DNA from: Planctomycetota bacterium
Lineage (GTDB): Bacteria > Planctomycetota > UBA1135 > UBA2386
NCBI GenBank assembly: GCA_965223545.1
Contig: OZ245006.1
Span: forward strand, 2,784,001-2,848,000
Length of the DNA stretch: 64,000 nt
Direction: 5' to 3'
The translations under genes were made by a program, and so were the position numbers. Under the pieces are notes generated by a model. The model was not told the origin of the DNA, made no database searches, and saw only the letters and a program-made list of their open reading frames with translations. Every line of letters begins with the position of its first letter. Position 1 is the stretch's first letter. This document shows, in pieces, positions 26,064 to 36,119 of the stretch.

Positions 26064-27068
26064 ATGGCGGACCACTATCCGACTCTCCTCGTCGGCGCCG
26101 GCGCCATCGGCCAGCGCCGCGCCGCGGTCGCCGCCGCAGAACCACGCACCCCGCTGGTCGGTGTCTGCGATGTCGATGGGGCTGCGGCCGCGCAGGTGGC
26201 GACGGCCCACGGCGGTCGAGCCTTCGCCGATTGGCGGCCCGCGCTCGTCGAGACCCGCCCGCGGGTGGTCGTCGTCGCCACCCCGAACGCCTTCCACCGC
26301 AGAATCGTCTGCGCCGCGCTCGACAGCGGTGCCGCGGTTCTGACCGAAAAGCCGTTCGGCCGCAACGCGGACGAGGCGCGCACGATGTTCGACGCCGATC
26401 CGGAGCAGCGCCGGCTCGCGGTCGGCTTCAACCACCGATTCCATCCCGCCGTCGACACCCTCCATCGAATGGTGAACGGCGGCGCCATCGGGACAGTGCT
26501 GTTCGTGCGCGCGGTGTACGGACACGGCGGGCGCGCTGGCTACGACAGTGAGTGGCGCTTCGATCCGTCCACCGCCGGCGGGGGCGAGTTGCTCGACCAA
26601 GGCGTGCACCTCGTCGACCTCTTGTGCTGGCTGCTCGGCGAGCCGGAGCGCGTGCAGTCCGAGCTCGGCAGCCTGCACTGGGACGGGCGGGTCGAGGACA
26701 ACGCCTTCGCACTGCTGCGCTTCGCCGGCGGCGCCATCGCCAGCATGCACGCGTCGTGGACGCAGTGGCGCAACCGCTACCAGATCGAGGTCTACGGCGC
26801 CACCGGCGCGCTCGAGCTGCACGGGTTGACCGGCAGCTACGGCGCTCCCACGCTGACGCTCTGGCAGCGCCAGGAGTCGGGCGCGCCCGTCCGACGCGAG
26901 ATCCCGGTCGCGGCCGAGGACCTCAGCTGGGCTGCGCAGTGGGCCGACCTCGTGGCGGCCCTCGACGACGGACGGCCGCCGCGCGTCGGCGGCGCCGAAG
27001 GCCTGCGCGCGATGCGAGTGGTCGACGCCCTCTACCGCAACGCCGGCCGCGCCACGCGCGGCTCGTAG
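26064..27068 (+). CDS. Gfo/Idh/MocA family oxidoreductase
   Basis: GAGAIG, EKP, VGFNHRF, GGGELLDQGVH. Confidence 0.92.
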   Translation: MADHYPTLLVGAGAIGQRRAAVAAAEPRTPLVGVCDVDGAAAAQVATAHGGRAFADWRPALVETRPRVVVVATPNAFHRRIVCAALDSGAAVLTEKPFGRNADEARTMFDADPEQRRLAVGFNHRFHPAVDTLHRMVNGGAIGTVLFVRAVYGHGGRAGYDSEWRFDPSTAGGGELLDQGVHLVDLLCWLLGEPERVQSELGSLHWDGRVEDNAFALLRFAGGAIASMHASWTQWRNRYQIEVYGATGALELHGLTGSYGAPTLTLWQRQESGAPVRREIPVAAEDLSWAAQWADLVAALDDGRPPRVGGAEGLRAMRVVDALYRNAGRATRGS

Positions 27069-27766
27069 CAGCGACGCGCAGCGGCCAGGGCCGCGGGCGT
27101 GTCGATCGCCAGACAACGGCCAGCGATGGCGTGGCCGGCCAGGATGCCCCCGTTGCGCAGCACGTGTGGGAACACGGCCCGCGCGAAGTCGGCAGCGCGA
27201 TCGCGGCGCACGTGCTCCAGCAACGCGGGCTCGACCACGTAACAACCGGCGTTGACCCACGGCAGCGCGGGATCGTCGACGCCTTCGAGAAAGCGCAGCA
27301 CGCGCCCCGCGCGGTCCATCTCGACGCGACCACCGAACAAGCCGGTGTGCTCGTGCGCGGCCGGTGAGTAGAGCGCCAGGGTGGCGATGGCGGCATTGGC
27401 GGCGTGTGCGCGCCGCAGGCCATCGAGCTCGAAGTCGAGGACGTTGTCGCCGTAGACCACCAGAAACGGGGCGTCGCCGAGCTCGGGGGCGAGGTGGGCA
27501 CAGGTGCCGGCGGTGCCGAGCAGCTCTGGCTCGTGAAGATAGCGGATGCGCAACCCGAACCGGCTGCCGTCGCCGATTGCCGCGGGGATCATCTCCGGCA
27601 AGTGGTGCAGGTTGATCCAAACCTCCTCGATGCCGCTCGCCGCGAGCCAGTCCAAGTTGCGCTCGAGCACCGGCCGACCGCCCACCGACACCAACGGCTT
27701 GGGCATGTTCTCGGTCAACTCGCCGAGGCGCGCACCCAACCCCGCCGCCAACACTACCGCCTTCAT
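27032..27766 (-). CDS. Sugar-1-phosphate nucleotidyltransferase (HddC/GMPP-like)
   Basis: MKAVVLAAGLGARL..PKPL, EPELLGTAG, YGDN. Confidence 0.9.
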   Translation of the reverse strand: MKAVVLAAGLGARLGELTENMPKPLVSVGGRPVLERNLDWLAASGIEEVWINLHHLPEMIPAAIGDGSRFGLRIRYLHEPELLGTAGTCAHLAPELGDAPFLVVYGDNVLDFELDGLRRAHAANAAIATLALYSPAAHEHTGLFGGRVEMDRAGRVLRFLEGVDDPALPWVNAGCYVVEPALLEHVRRDRAADFARAVFPHVLRNGGILAGHAIAGRCLAIDTPAALAAARRCYEPRVARPALR

Positions 27767-28737
27767 TCGCTGTTCCTCTCGCCGGCACCGACACCGGCCG
27801 CACCATGCACCGGCCCACCCCCGCGGGCCGTCAGGTGCTGGATACAACACCGCAGTCCGTCTTGCAACGACATCCGCGGGCGCCATCCCAGCGCCGCCAA
27901 GGGCCGCGGGTCGGCCAGCGTTTCGGCGGCCTCTCCCGGCAGCGCCGGCAGGTGCCGGGGTGGGACGCGGCGGCCAACCAACCGGGCGACCTCCTCGTAG
28001 ACGTCGAGGACGGAGACACTGCGGCCGGTGCCGACATCGAAGGTGCGACCATCGGTCCGCGGCTCGGCCAAGCAGAGCAGGTGCACGCGGCAGACGTCTT
28101 CGACGTCGACGAAGTCGCGGCGGACGTCGCCGCGGCCGTAGATCACCGGCGCTCGTCCGGCCAAGAGCTGCTGGGCGAACGCCACCATCACCGGCGGTAC
28201 CGCGCGACGGTCGTCCTGCCGCGCACCGTACACGTTGAAGTAGCGCAGCACGGTCGCGCGCAGGCCGTGGTAGCGCGCGTGACTGCGGACCAGCTCGGCA
28301 CCGGCGTGTTTGGTGATCGCGTACGGCCCCAACGGCGCGACCCGATCGACGCCCGCGGGCAGGTCGCGAATGCCCTCGTACACGGCCGACGAATCGGCGT
28401 AGATCACCTTGGCCACGCCCGCCAACCGACACGCCTCGAGCACCTGCGCGGTCCCCCGCACGTTGATGTCAGCGGTCTCCACCGGATGGCTGAGACAATC
28501 GGATGGGCAGTTGCGCGCGGCCAGGTGGAACACGGCGTCGACACCTTCGAACAGCGGCACTACGGCCGGATCGCGGACGTCCAGCCCGGCGAAGTCGACG
28601 CCCGCCGGGACGTGCTCCACGCGACCGGCGGAGAGATCGTCGATGCCGGCGACCCGATAGCCCGCCCGCAGTAGTGCCTCACAGGTGTGACTGCCGATGA
28701 AACCGGCGCAGCCGGTGACCAGCACGCGCCGGCTCAT
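27763..28737 (-). CDS. NAD-dependent epimerase/dehydratase
   Basis: GCAGFIGS, YAITK, RYFNVYG, RDFV. Confidence 0.92.
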   Translation of the reverse strand: MSRRVLVTGCAGFIGSHTCEALLRAGYRVAGIDDLSAGRVEHVPAGVDFAGLDVRDPAVVPLFEGVDAVFHLAARNCPSDCLSHPVETADINVRGTAQVLEACRLAGVAKVIYADSSAVYEGIRDLPAGVDRVAPLGPYAITKHAGAELVRSHARYHGLRATVLRYFNVYGARQDDRRAVPPVMVAFAQQLLAGRAPVIYGRGDVRRDFVDVEDVCRVHLLCLAEPRTDGRTFDVGTGRSVSVLDVYEEVARLVGRRVPPRHLPALPGEAAETLADPRPLAALGWRPRMSLQDGLRCCIQHLTARGGGPVHGAAGVGAGERNSE

Positions 28738-29297
28738 CCGCCCGCACTCAGCTCGCTTTCCCGCACCGCGCGCACCACTGGCAAGACCCCGCCCACCCCC
28801 GACACCTCGTAGTCCGCAGCCGGGCGATCCGCTTCTCGACCCTGCGGCTCGCGCAGACCGATGGATCGCGCTCCGGCGCGCCGCGCCGCGCGCACCCAAT
28901 TCCAGTCGCGGGCGACGACGAAAGAGCGGCGCAGGTCGATGGCCTGCTCGGCGGCAGCGCGCACGAGGAGCCCCGGCGCCGGCGGCGCACAGTCACAACG
29001 CCGCTCGGCCGCGGCACTGTGTGGGCATACGTAGAACGACCGGTCGGCGGCCAACCCCAGCCCCCGCGCCACGGCGCCGTGCCACCGCGTCAACTCGACC
29101 GGCGCGAGGCGGCCTTCGCCGATCTCCGGCTGGCGCGCCAACAGCGCGACCCGGTAGCCCAGCTCGGTCAATCCGCGGACCGTTACGCCGGCGTGCCGCC
29201 GCAGCACCGGTGCGGGCGCACCCGTGCCCGAATCGGCCGGACCGAGCGCCAACATCGCGTCGCGCTCGAGGAAAACTGCGGGTCTCGTCAGACTCAT
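28734..29297 (-). CDS. GmhB-like HAD protein with degenerate catalytic motifs
   Basis: AVFLERDAML, CPH..CDC, PGLL..IDLRRSFVV. Confidence 0.8.
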   Translation of the reverse strand: MSLTRPAVFLERDAMLALGPADSGTGAPAPVLRRHAGVTVRGLTELGYRVALLARQPEIGEGRLAPVELTRWHGAVARGLGLAADRSFYVCPHSAAAERRCDCAPPAPGLLVRAAAEQAIDLRRSFVVARDWNWVRAARRAGARSIGLREPQGREADRPAADYEVSGVGGVLPVVRAVRESELSAGG

Positions 29298-29335
29298 CGC
29301 TAGAACGACACTCCGCTATACGCACCGACGCGCGA

Positions 29336-29438
29336 AACGTACGGTGTCAGACTCGATTTTCTCGCTTCGCGGTGCCGCACCGGCCGTTGGCCGGTGCGGC
29401 ACCGCGAAGCGAGAAAATCGAGTCTGACACCGTACGTT
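29336..29438. repeat. Perfect 50-bp inverted repeat (REPIN-like), 3-nt loop
   Basis: aacgtacggtgtcagactcgattttctcgcttcgcggtgccgcaccggcc, then GTT, then its exact reverse complement. Confidence 0.95.
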
Positions 29439-30238
29439 CATCGCTGGGGCTTGAGGACCCGGTAGGCCAGGCGCGTGCGGGCGCCGTAGAGGCGGTGCAG
29501 CAGGAGGGCGAAGGAGCCGCGCGGCCCAAGCTCGGCGGCGTGGCGCCGGGCGGTGCGGTAGGCGGCGTCCAGCTGCGCGCTGGTGCTGCGCGAACCCTTG
29601 GCGGCGGCGTGCACGCGGAAGTCGGCGAGCGTGTCGGGCAACACGGTGGGCGGCGCGATCCGCGCGAACCGAAACCACAGGTCGTAGTCCATGTCCAGGT
29701 GGAGTTCGGGCTCGAGGCCGCCGGCGGACTCCCACAGGGCCCGGTTGAAGAACACCGCCATCTGCGAGATGAAGTTCTCGGTGACCAAGCGCGCCCGCGA
29801 GAAGCGGCGGCCTCGCCAGCGCTTGTAGGCCGAGACCCACGCGCTGCAAGGGCGCCCTCCGGCATCGATCATGCCGGCGCTGCCGTACAACCAGAGTGGG
29901 CCGGGCTTGTCGGCCATGGCGGCAACCACTCGGCGCAAGGCTCCCGGGCGCAGCCGGTCGTCCGAGTTCAGCCAACCCAAGATCGGTGCGCGGGCCGCGG
30001 CGAGGCCCAGGTTGACCGCGTCCGACTGGCCCGAGTCCGGTTCGAAGCACAGGCGCAATCGCGGACCGTACTCGTCGTGCAGCCGCCGCAGCAGGTCGCG
30101 CGATCCATCGACCGAGCCGGGGTCGCGCACGATCAGCTCGCTCTCCACCGGCTGGTCCAACACCGAGCGGACCGCCTCCTCGAGGAACGGTCGCTGGTCG
30201 AGCGACGGCATCACCACGCTGATCGCGGGCGTGCTCAT
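29438..30238 (-). CDS. Glycosyltransferase family 2
   Basis: VVMPSLDQ, DPGSVD, WLNSDD, MDYDLW. Confidence 0.92.
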   Translation of the reverse strand: MSTPAISVVMPSLDQRPFLEEAVRSVLDQPVESELIVRDPGSVDGSRDLLRRLHDEYGPRLRLCFEPDSGQSDAVNLGLAAARAPILGWLNSDDRLRPGALRRVVAAMADKPGPLWLYGSAGMIDAGGRPCSAWVSAYKRWRGRRFSRARLVTENFISQMAVFFNRALWESAGGLEPELHLDMDYDLWFRFARIAPPTVLPDTLADFRVHAAAKGSRSTSAQLDAAYRTARRHAAELGPRGSFALLLHRLYGARTRLAYRVLKPQR

Positions 30239-31428
30239 CCGGCGCACAGCTCCCGCGCTTGCAGCAGCCAACCGGCACGGCGCGGCCCGAGCCTCGGTTC
30301 GAGCGGCGCAACCTTGGTCGTGCGCGCGCAAGACAACACGGCCTTGACCGGTGAGCGGCCGCCATCGACGGCGATGGCGAGCTCGAACTCTTCGCCCGGC
30401 GCCAAGAGCCCCGAGCGTACGTCCCGGCCACCGCAGCGGACGCCGACGACCTGACCTTGGACATCGAGGTTGCGGCCACGAACGGTCAAGCGCGTGGCGC
30501 GGCCGTCGTCCGGCAACCAAAGGTGGCCCAAGCCACCGACGTAGCCATCGCGCCAGACCCCCTGCGCGTTCTCGAGCCAGCGTCGCAAGACCCGCTCCGC
30601 CGTGGCGACCGGGCGCCGCACCATCCGCGCCATCCGCGGCGAGGCCGGCGCGTCGCCGCGCACCGCCGGAGCCTCCTCGGCGATCAACCCACAACGCCGC
30701 GCCACGGTCGTCGACGTGTGGGCCACGCCCGCCGGCGACCAACCGTGCACGCCGTGGCGCCGCAGGATGGACAACAGCTCGCGCAGGCGACGCATACCCC
30801 CGGTCGAGGTCTTGGTATCACCGTGCAGCCGGCCGGCGGCGAGTACGGAATCGACGTACGCGAAGCGCCGCCGCGCACCCAGCCGCATCCACAGATCCCA
30901 GTCGAGGCCCCAATGCAGGGACTCGTCCAGCAGTCCACTCTCGAACAAGGCCGCCCGCCGAAAGAACACGGTCGGCTGCAGGATGTAGTCGGCGACGTGC
31001 ATCAGCCGCCACAGGTCGAACGGCACGGTCTCGGGAAAGCGGCGCAGGACCTCGCCGTTCTCGTCGACGAGGTTGCCCTCACCGTAGACGAGCGCGGCCT
31101 CCCGGTCGGCCTGCAGGGCCTCGACCGCGTTGCGCACGGCGTGCGGGTAGTAGAAGTCATCCGAGTTGAGCCACGCGACGACTTCGCCCCTGCTGCGCCG
31201 AAACCCCGTGTTGATCGCATCACATTGCCCGCCGTCGCGACGGCTCTCGAAGGTGATCCGGTCGCCGTAGCTCTGCAGGATCTCGATCGTGCCGTCGGTC
31301 GATCCACCGTCGCAGACCAGCACCTCGATCGGCGCGTAGTCTTGACTCAGTACCGAGTCGATCGCGACGCGCACGAAGCGTGCCTGCTGGAACGAGGGAA
31401 TGACGATGCTGACCAACGGCGGCGTCAT
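30235..31428 (-). CDS. Glycosyltransferase family 2 with C-terminal beta domain
   Basis: IVIPSFQQ, DGGSTD, WLNSDD, ILQPTVF. Confidence 0.93.
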   Translation of the reverse strand: MTPPLVSIVIPSFQQARFVRVAIDSVLSQDYAPIEVLVCDGGSTDGTIEILQSYGDRITFESRRDGGQCDAINTGFRRSRGEVVAWLNSDDFYYPHAVRNAVEALQADREAALVYGEGNLVDENGEVLRRFPETVPFDLWRLMHVADYILQPTVFFRRAALFESGLLDESLHWGLDWDLWMRLGARRRFAYVDSVLAAGRLHGDTKTSTGGMRRLRELLSILRRHGVHGWSPAGVAHTSTTVARRCGLIAEEAPAVRGDAPASPRMARMVRRPVATAERVLRRWLENAQGVWRDGYVGGLGHLWLPDDGRATRLTVRGRNLDVQGQVVGVRCGGRDVRSGLLAPGEEFELAIAVDGGRSPVKAVLSCARTTKVAPLEPRLGPRRAGWLLQARELCAG

Positions 31429-31531
31429 GTCGGCCGCCGATTCTACGGTCAGCCCGCTAACTCAGAACGACGGAAGTAGGAGCCGGACGCGATCTTCCCG
31501 CTCGCCGTTCGCTGCGCGGCGGGCCCGCGGC

Positions 31532-32665
31532 TCAGGCCGGCTTGCGCGCGCCCTGGCGCAGCTCTTCCATCTCGTCGATGACGCGCTTCGGCGCGCGGTA
31601 GCCGCGGTGCTGCAGGATCTTGTCGATCTCGTCGGGCCGGTTGGCCTTCTCTCGCGCCGCTTCCATATCGATCTTCTCGTCGATCACCAGCTCGGCGAGC
31701 GCCTGCTCGAGGGTCAACATGCCGACGCTCTTGCCGGTTTGCTGCAGACTCAGCATCTGCGAGGTCTTGCCCTCGCGGATCAGCGAGCGCACGCCGTCGG
31801 TGGCGACCAGGATCTCGCGCGCGGCGACGCGGCCACCGCTGCGGCAGGGCAGCAGCACCTGCGAGATGACGCCGACCAGCGTGGCCGACAACACCAACCG
31901 CACCTGCGGCTGCGCCTCGGACGAGAACACGTCGATGATGCGATCGATGGTCTGGATCGCGCCGACCGTGTGCAGCGTCGCCAGCACGAGGTGGCCGGTC
32001 TCGGCGGCGGTCATCGCCATCTGAATCGTCTCCAGATCGCGCAGCTCACCGATCAGGATCACGTCGGGATCCTGGCGCAGCGCACGCCGCAGGGCCTGGG
32101 AGAACGTCGGCGAGTCCTGCCCGATCTGCCGCTGGGTGATGTAGCAGCGCTTGTCGCGATGGATGAACTCGAGCGGGTCCTCCATCGTGATGACGTGGCC
32201 CTCGCGGTTGGTGTTGATGTAGTCGATCATCGACGCGAGCGTCGTCGACTTGCCGCTGCCCGTCGGGCCCGTGACCAGCACGATGCCGCGCGGGCGGTCG
32301 GCCATGCGCCGGCACACCTCGGGCATGCCCAGCTGGTGCATCGACGGGATCACGTCGGGGATGTAGCGCACCACCATGCCCATGGTGCCGCGCTGCGAGA
32401 GCACGTTGATGCGGAAGCGGGCGCCGTCCTTGAGCGAGTAGGAGAAGTCGAGATCCTTGTCCTCCTCGAAGGCCTTGCGCTGGCGCGGCGTCATGATGCT
32501 GTAGGCCAGCTCCTTGACCTGCTCCGGTGCGAGACGCGGCATGTTCTCGCCGGGGCGCAACTCGCCATCCACCCGAAACCCCGGCGGCGACAACGCCTTG
32601 AGGTGCAAGTCCGACGCCTCCAGCTCGCGCATCTGCTGGAGCAACTGCTGCATGACCCCGTCCAT
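31532..32665 (-). CDS. pilT: PilT/PilU family type IV pilus retraction ATPase
   Basis: GPTGSGKSTT, EDPLE, RQDPD, AETGHL..TLH, IREGK. Confidence 0.9.
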   Translation of the reverse strand: MDGVMQQLLQQMRELEASDLHLKALSPPGFRVDGELRPGENMPRLAPEQVKELAYSIMTPRQRKAFEEDKDLDFSYSLKDGARFRINVLSQRGTMGMVVRYIPDVIPSMHQLGMPEVCRRMADRPRGIVLVTGPTGSGKSTTLASMIDYINTNREGHVITMEDPLEFIHRDKRCYITQRQIGQDSPTFSQALRRALRQDPDVILIGELRDLETIQMAMTAAETGHLVLATLHTVGAIQTIDRIIDVFSSEAQPQVRLVLSATLVGVISQVLLPCRSGGRVAAREILVATDGVRSLIREGKTSQMLSLQQTGKSVGMLTLEQALAELVIDEKIDMEAAREKANRPDEIDKILQHRGYRAPKRVIDEMEELRQGARKPA

Positions 32666-32829
32666 TCCCACCGCTGCTTCCTCCTGCTTTCCCAACCCAG
32701 ACTTCGGCTCGCTACCGGCGTCGGGTTGACCCCAGCCGGCGACACTCCGCCGCAGCGGTCGGTTCCCTCGATGCCACCGGCAGTCCAGCCCGGCAGCCGG
32801 CCGCGACCTCAGCACGACCGTCGGGTCGA

Positions 32830-33993
32830 TCAGTGGGCGCGGGCGCGGCGCGGGCGCAGCGCCGCCAGCAGCGCGTCGCCGTACAGCTCGACCCGCCACG
32901 GCTCGATCGCGCCGGCCTCCGCCAGCTCTTCGACGGTGGTCGGCACCGGATCCAAGCGGGCCAGCCTCTGCATCGCGGCGCGGCTCATCACCAGCGACGC
33001 GTCGGTGGAGCGCTGCTGCGCGATGCCCTTCCGCCACGCGCGCAGGGCGTCGTAGACGTCGCGCTGCGCGCCGTGCAGCACCTCGCCCGGGTCGACCTTG
33101 GCCCGCGGCCGCCGGTTCAGCGGGCCCTTGCGCTCGGCGGCGCGCACCACGCGGACGATCTTCTCCGCGTAGCGGCGGGACAGCTTTTCGGGCACTCCAC
33201 GCACCGCCGCGACCGCGGCCCGCGACGATGGACGCGCCCGGGCCAACCGCAGCAGCATGTCGTTGGTCAACACCTTGAACGCCGGCACGTCGCGCTCGTC
33301 CGCGATCTCGTGCCGCATCACGAACAGACCCTGCAACACCCGTTGGGCGCGCGGGTCCAACCCATCCCAACCCTTGATGCGGATGAAGTCGCTGGCATCG
33401 AACGGGCGCGGCTCCGGCACCAGCTCGCACAGCCGCTTGCACTCGGCAGCGACCTCCAAGACGGCCGGCGCGCCGGCCTCCGCCAGCCGCCGGCGCAGAT
33501 CCGTCGCGATCCGCAACAAGTAGCGCGTGTCGCACGCCGCGTAGTCGAGCTGATCCTCGGACAGGGGCCGCTGCCCCCAGTTGCTGCGCTGGAAACGCTT
33601 GTCGAGTTCGACGCCGAACTGGTCGGCCAACATCGACGCCAAACCGAGCCTGGTCTCACCGAGCGCCGACGCCGCCACCTTGGTGTCGAACAGCGATGCG
33701 ATCTCGAACGCGTGCGTTCGCTTGAGCATGAGGACGTCGAACTCGGCGTCGTGCAGCACCTTGACGACCCCGGGGTTGGCCAGCACGCCGTGCAGCAGCC
33801 GCAGGTCGACGCCGGCGAGCGGATCGATGATGTAGTCCCGGCGCACGGTGCTGATCTGCACCAGACAGAGGCGCTCGCGGTAGGCGAACAGTGGGTTCGA
33901 CTCGGTGTCTACGGCGATCGCGGTTTGCGTCGCCAAGCGTTGGACGAGCTTGGCGAGTGCCTTGTCGGTGTCGATGTAGACGGGAGCGGTCAA
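32830..33993 (-). CDS. rnd: Ribonuclease D (DEDD exonuclease plus two HRDC domains)
   Basis: AVDTE, LVQI, LHDAEFD, FDTK, NWGQRPLS..YAACD. Confidence 0.9.
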   Translation of the reverse strand: MTAPVYIDTDKALAKLVQRLATQTAIAVDTESNPLFAYRERLCLVQISTVRRDYIIDPLAGVDLRLLHGVLANPGVVKVLHDAEFDVLMLKRTHAFEIASLFDTKVAASALGETRLGLASMLADQFGVELDKRFQRSNWGQRPLSEDQLDYAACDTRYLLRIATDLRRRLAEAGAPAVLEVAAECKRLCELVPEPRPFDASDFIRIKGWDGLDPRAQRVLQGLFVMRHEIADERDVPAFKVLTNDMLLRLARARPSSRAAVAAVRGVPEKLSRRYAEKIVRVVRAAERKGPLNRRPRAKVDPGEVLHGAQRDVYDALRAWRKGIAQQRSTDASLVMSRAAMQRLARLDPVPTTVEELAEAGAIEPWRVELYGDALLAALRPRRARAH

Positions 33994-34108
33994 ATCGCGG
34001 ATCGATCGGTCGTCACTCGAGCCCGAGCGTAGCGCCGAATCCCGCGATCCCCGGGCAGAAATCGTCGCCGAGTTGTCGCGAGCGGTGCGCCGGAAACGCG
34101 CCGAGCGG

Positions 34109-34561
34109 CTACTCGCCGAGCGCCGTCTCGGGCGGGTCGGTCAGGATCAGCCGCTCACCGCTGCGGAGCAGACCGCTCTCCCGCCCACACTCGCGCAACA
34201 GCCGCAACAACGCGCGGTCGTCGATCCGCTCGACCCGCGGCGGTTGCGCGATTACGCGACACCGCGCCAGGACGCGGGGGTCGTCGCGAACGATGCCGAT
34301 CCTCAGCGGTTCTGCCGTGCCGGCTACGGTGCGCTCGACGGCCGGCCCGAGGTCGAGATCGGGTGCGGGCGGACTCCACCACACGGCCAGCAAGACCAAC
34401 GGCAGGGTGGCCAGCGACGCCCGTGCGAGGCGCCGGCGACGCCGACGCCGGCGCAAGACAGAGACACCGCGACCGAGGACACCCGGGGCCGCCGGCGCGG
34501 TGCCAGCGGCCGCACCGTCGTCCGCCCCGTGCGACCCGAACCATTCGGAGAAACCGCTCAT
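34109..34561 (-). CDS. Single-TM protein, candidate anti-sigma factor
   Basis: Arg-rich stretch then a TM segment; start overlaps the sigma factor stop. Confidence 0.55.
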   Translation of the reverse strand: MSGFSEWFGSHGADDGAAAGTAPAAPGVLGRGVSVLRRRRRRRRLARASLATLPLVLLAVWWSPPAPDLDLGPAVERTVAGTAEPLRIGIVRDDPRVLARCRVIAQPPRVERIDDRALLRLLRECGRESGLLRSGERLILTDPPETALGE

Positions 34562-35172
34562 CAGAACACCTCCTGTGCCGCGGCGCGCAGCCGTTGGACC
34601 ACGCGCCAGATGCGGCCATGCGCTGCGTGGCCGCTGATCCCGAGCGCCGCGCCACACGCCGCCAGGGTTTCACCATCTCCGTATCGCGCGTCCAGCAGCC
34701 GCCGGTCGTCGGCCGACAGCTCCGCCAGCCGCTCCCGCAGCCATTGTTGCTGTTCGCGATCGAGGACCGCGCCCAGGACCTCCGCAGCGCCGTCGTGCTC
34801 GCCGACCGCGGCGTCGCGTTCGCGCCGGCGCCGGCGCTGCTCACCGCGGAGCTGGTCCAACGCCTTGCGCACGGCCGTGTTGGCCATCCACGCTTCCACC
34901 GCCGCCTCCGAACGAAGACCGCGGATCGACCGCGCGACCGCGACCAACACATCCTGCGCGACGTCGCGGCAGAACGCGTCATCGCGGCGCGTGAACGACC
35001 GCAGCAGGCGGCAGACCCGCGCGAACCACGCATCGTAGAACCGCGCGAACGCGGCCTCGTCGCCGCGCGCGATCGCGGCGGTCAACGGCCACGTCTCGAC
35101 CGCTCCAGGAGGACGCACGGCGACCGCCACGCCAGCGGCGACGCTTTCGTCGGTTGACTGCGCTGCGTCCAC
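34561..35172 (-). CDS. ECF sigma-70 factor (start approximate)
   Basis: ARGDEAAFARFY, DVAQD, region 4 LAELSADDRRLL..ETLAACGAALG. Confidence 0.85.
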   Translation of the reverse strand: MDAAQSTDESVAAGVAVAVRPPGAVETWPLTAAIARGDEAAFARFYDAWFARVCRLLRSFTRRDDAFCRDVAQDVLVAVARSIRGLRSEAAVEAWMANTAVRKALDQLRGEQRRRRRERDAAVGEHDGAAEVLGAVLDREQQQWLRERLAELSADDRRLLDARYGDGETLAACGAALGISGHAAHGRIWRVVQRLRAAAQEVF

Positions 35173-35197
35173 GCGAGCGGCCTCGAGCCTCGGTGAC

Positions 35198-35935
35198 CTA
35201 CTTGGCCGCGGACTTCTCCGCCCCCGACTTCTCCGCCCCGGCCGAACCGCGTCGCTCGTTGCGCATCCGTCCGTACACATCCTGCTCCATCTGGTGCAGC
35301 ACGCGGGACACGTAGTCGATCTGCCGATCACCTCCGCGCACGAACAGCAACCCCGAGTCCTCGTGGTAGTGCAGCGTCGGATCGCTCTCCCCACCGGCGA
35401 CGGCGAGCACGGTCTCGATCGCGGTGAGCACGGTCTGCGCCGGCTTCGCGGCGGCACCCGCCTCGGTGATCGACTGCAGACTGAAGATGGCGACGCTCGC
35501 CGGCACTTCATGCTGCGGTTGTTCCTGCTGGTCGACGTTCGGGCTGATCCGCACTCCGAGCGCGTGCACCGGCTTGGCGATCGAGCGCTGGTCGCGGATC
35601 ACCCGGGCACTGACTCGGTAGTCGGGGTCGAGAATCGAGTCCAACGCCTCGAGAGCGGCCTGCACGGTGGCGTCCTCGAGCTCGAGGCGTGGCACCGGCA
35701 CGCGGTGCGCACTCTCCGGGTAGACGATGTTGGCGCCGCTCGCGGCGCGAAGACGAGCGACGAACTCGACCAGGGTGCCGCCGTCGAACTCGACGGTGAC
35801 GGTCTCGGCCCGCGGTGGCGCGTCCTGCTGTGCACGGGCCGCACCGGCGGTGACCAGCGGTGTGCAGAAGGACAACAGCGAGATGACGGCGATCGGCGCC
35901 AGCCGGCGCTGCGTTGAGTGGTGCGAGTGGGTCAT
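35198..35935 (-). CDS. Exported protein with secretin N-domain-like regions
   Basis: Signal peptide (ARAQQ); FDGGTL..LEDATVQAAL; LHYHEDSGLLFVRG..QIDYVSRVL. Confidence 0.55.
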   Translation of the reverse strand: MTHSHHSTQRRLAPIAVISLLSFCTPLVTAGAARAQQDAPPRAETVTVEFDGGTLVEFVARLRAASGANIVYPESAHRVPVPRLELEDATVQAALEALDSILDPDYRVSARVIRDQRSIAKPVHALGVRISPNVDQQEQPQHEVPASVAIFSLQSITEAGAAAKPAQTVLTAIETVLAVAGGESDPTLHYHEDSGLLFVRGGDRQIDYVSRVLHQMEQDVYGRMRNERRGSAGAEKSGAEKSAAK

Positions 35936-36119
35936 TGTGGTTTCGTGTTCGGTTTTGGTTCCGAGCGTCAGACGCCACCGCGCCGCGATCTCGTCGGCGC
36001 GAACCTGAAATTTCCCGGTCGAGCTGTTACTCTCGCTGCCAGCGGTTGGGGCGAGGCGCGCATCGGTCAGGCGCATCGCCCGCGACGGCGATCGCTCTGT
36101 CCCACGATCCACGCCTTTC

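Noticed and set aside
29336..29438. Palindrome as a simple terminator or assembly fold-back artefact
   Set aside because: No U-tract, too long for a terminator, and diverged relatives occur at two other loci
35208..35240. Short tandem repeat (gacttctccgcccc x2)
   Set aside because: Encodes a low-complexity GAEKS tail; not a CRISPR or mobile repeat
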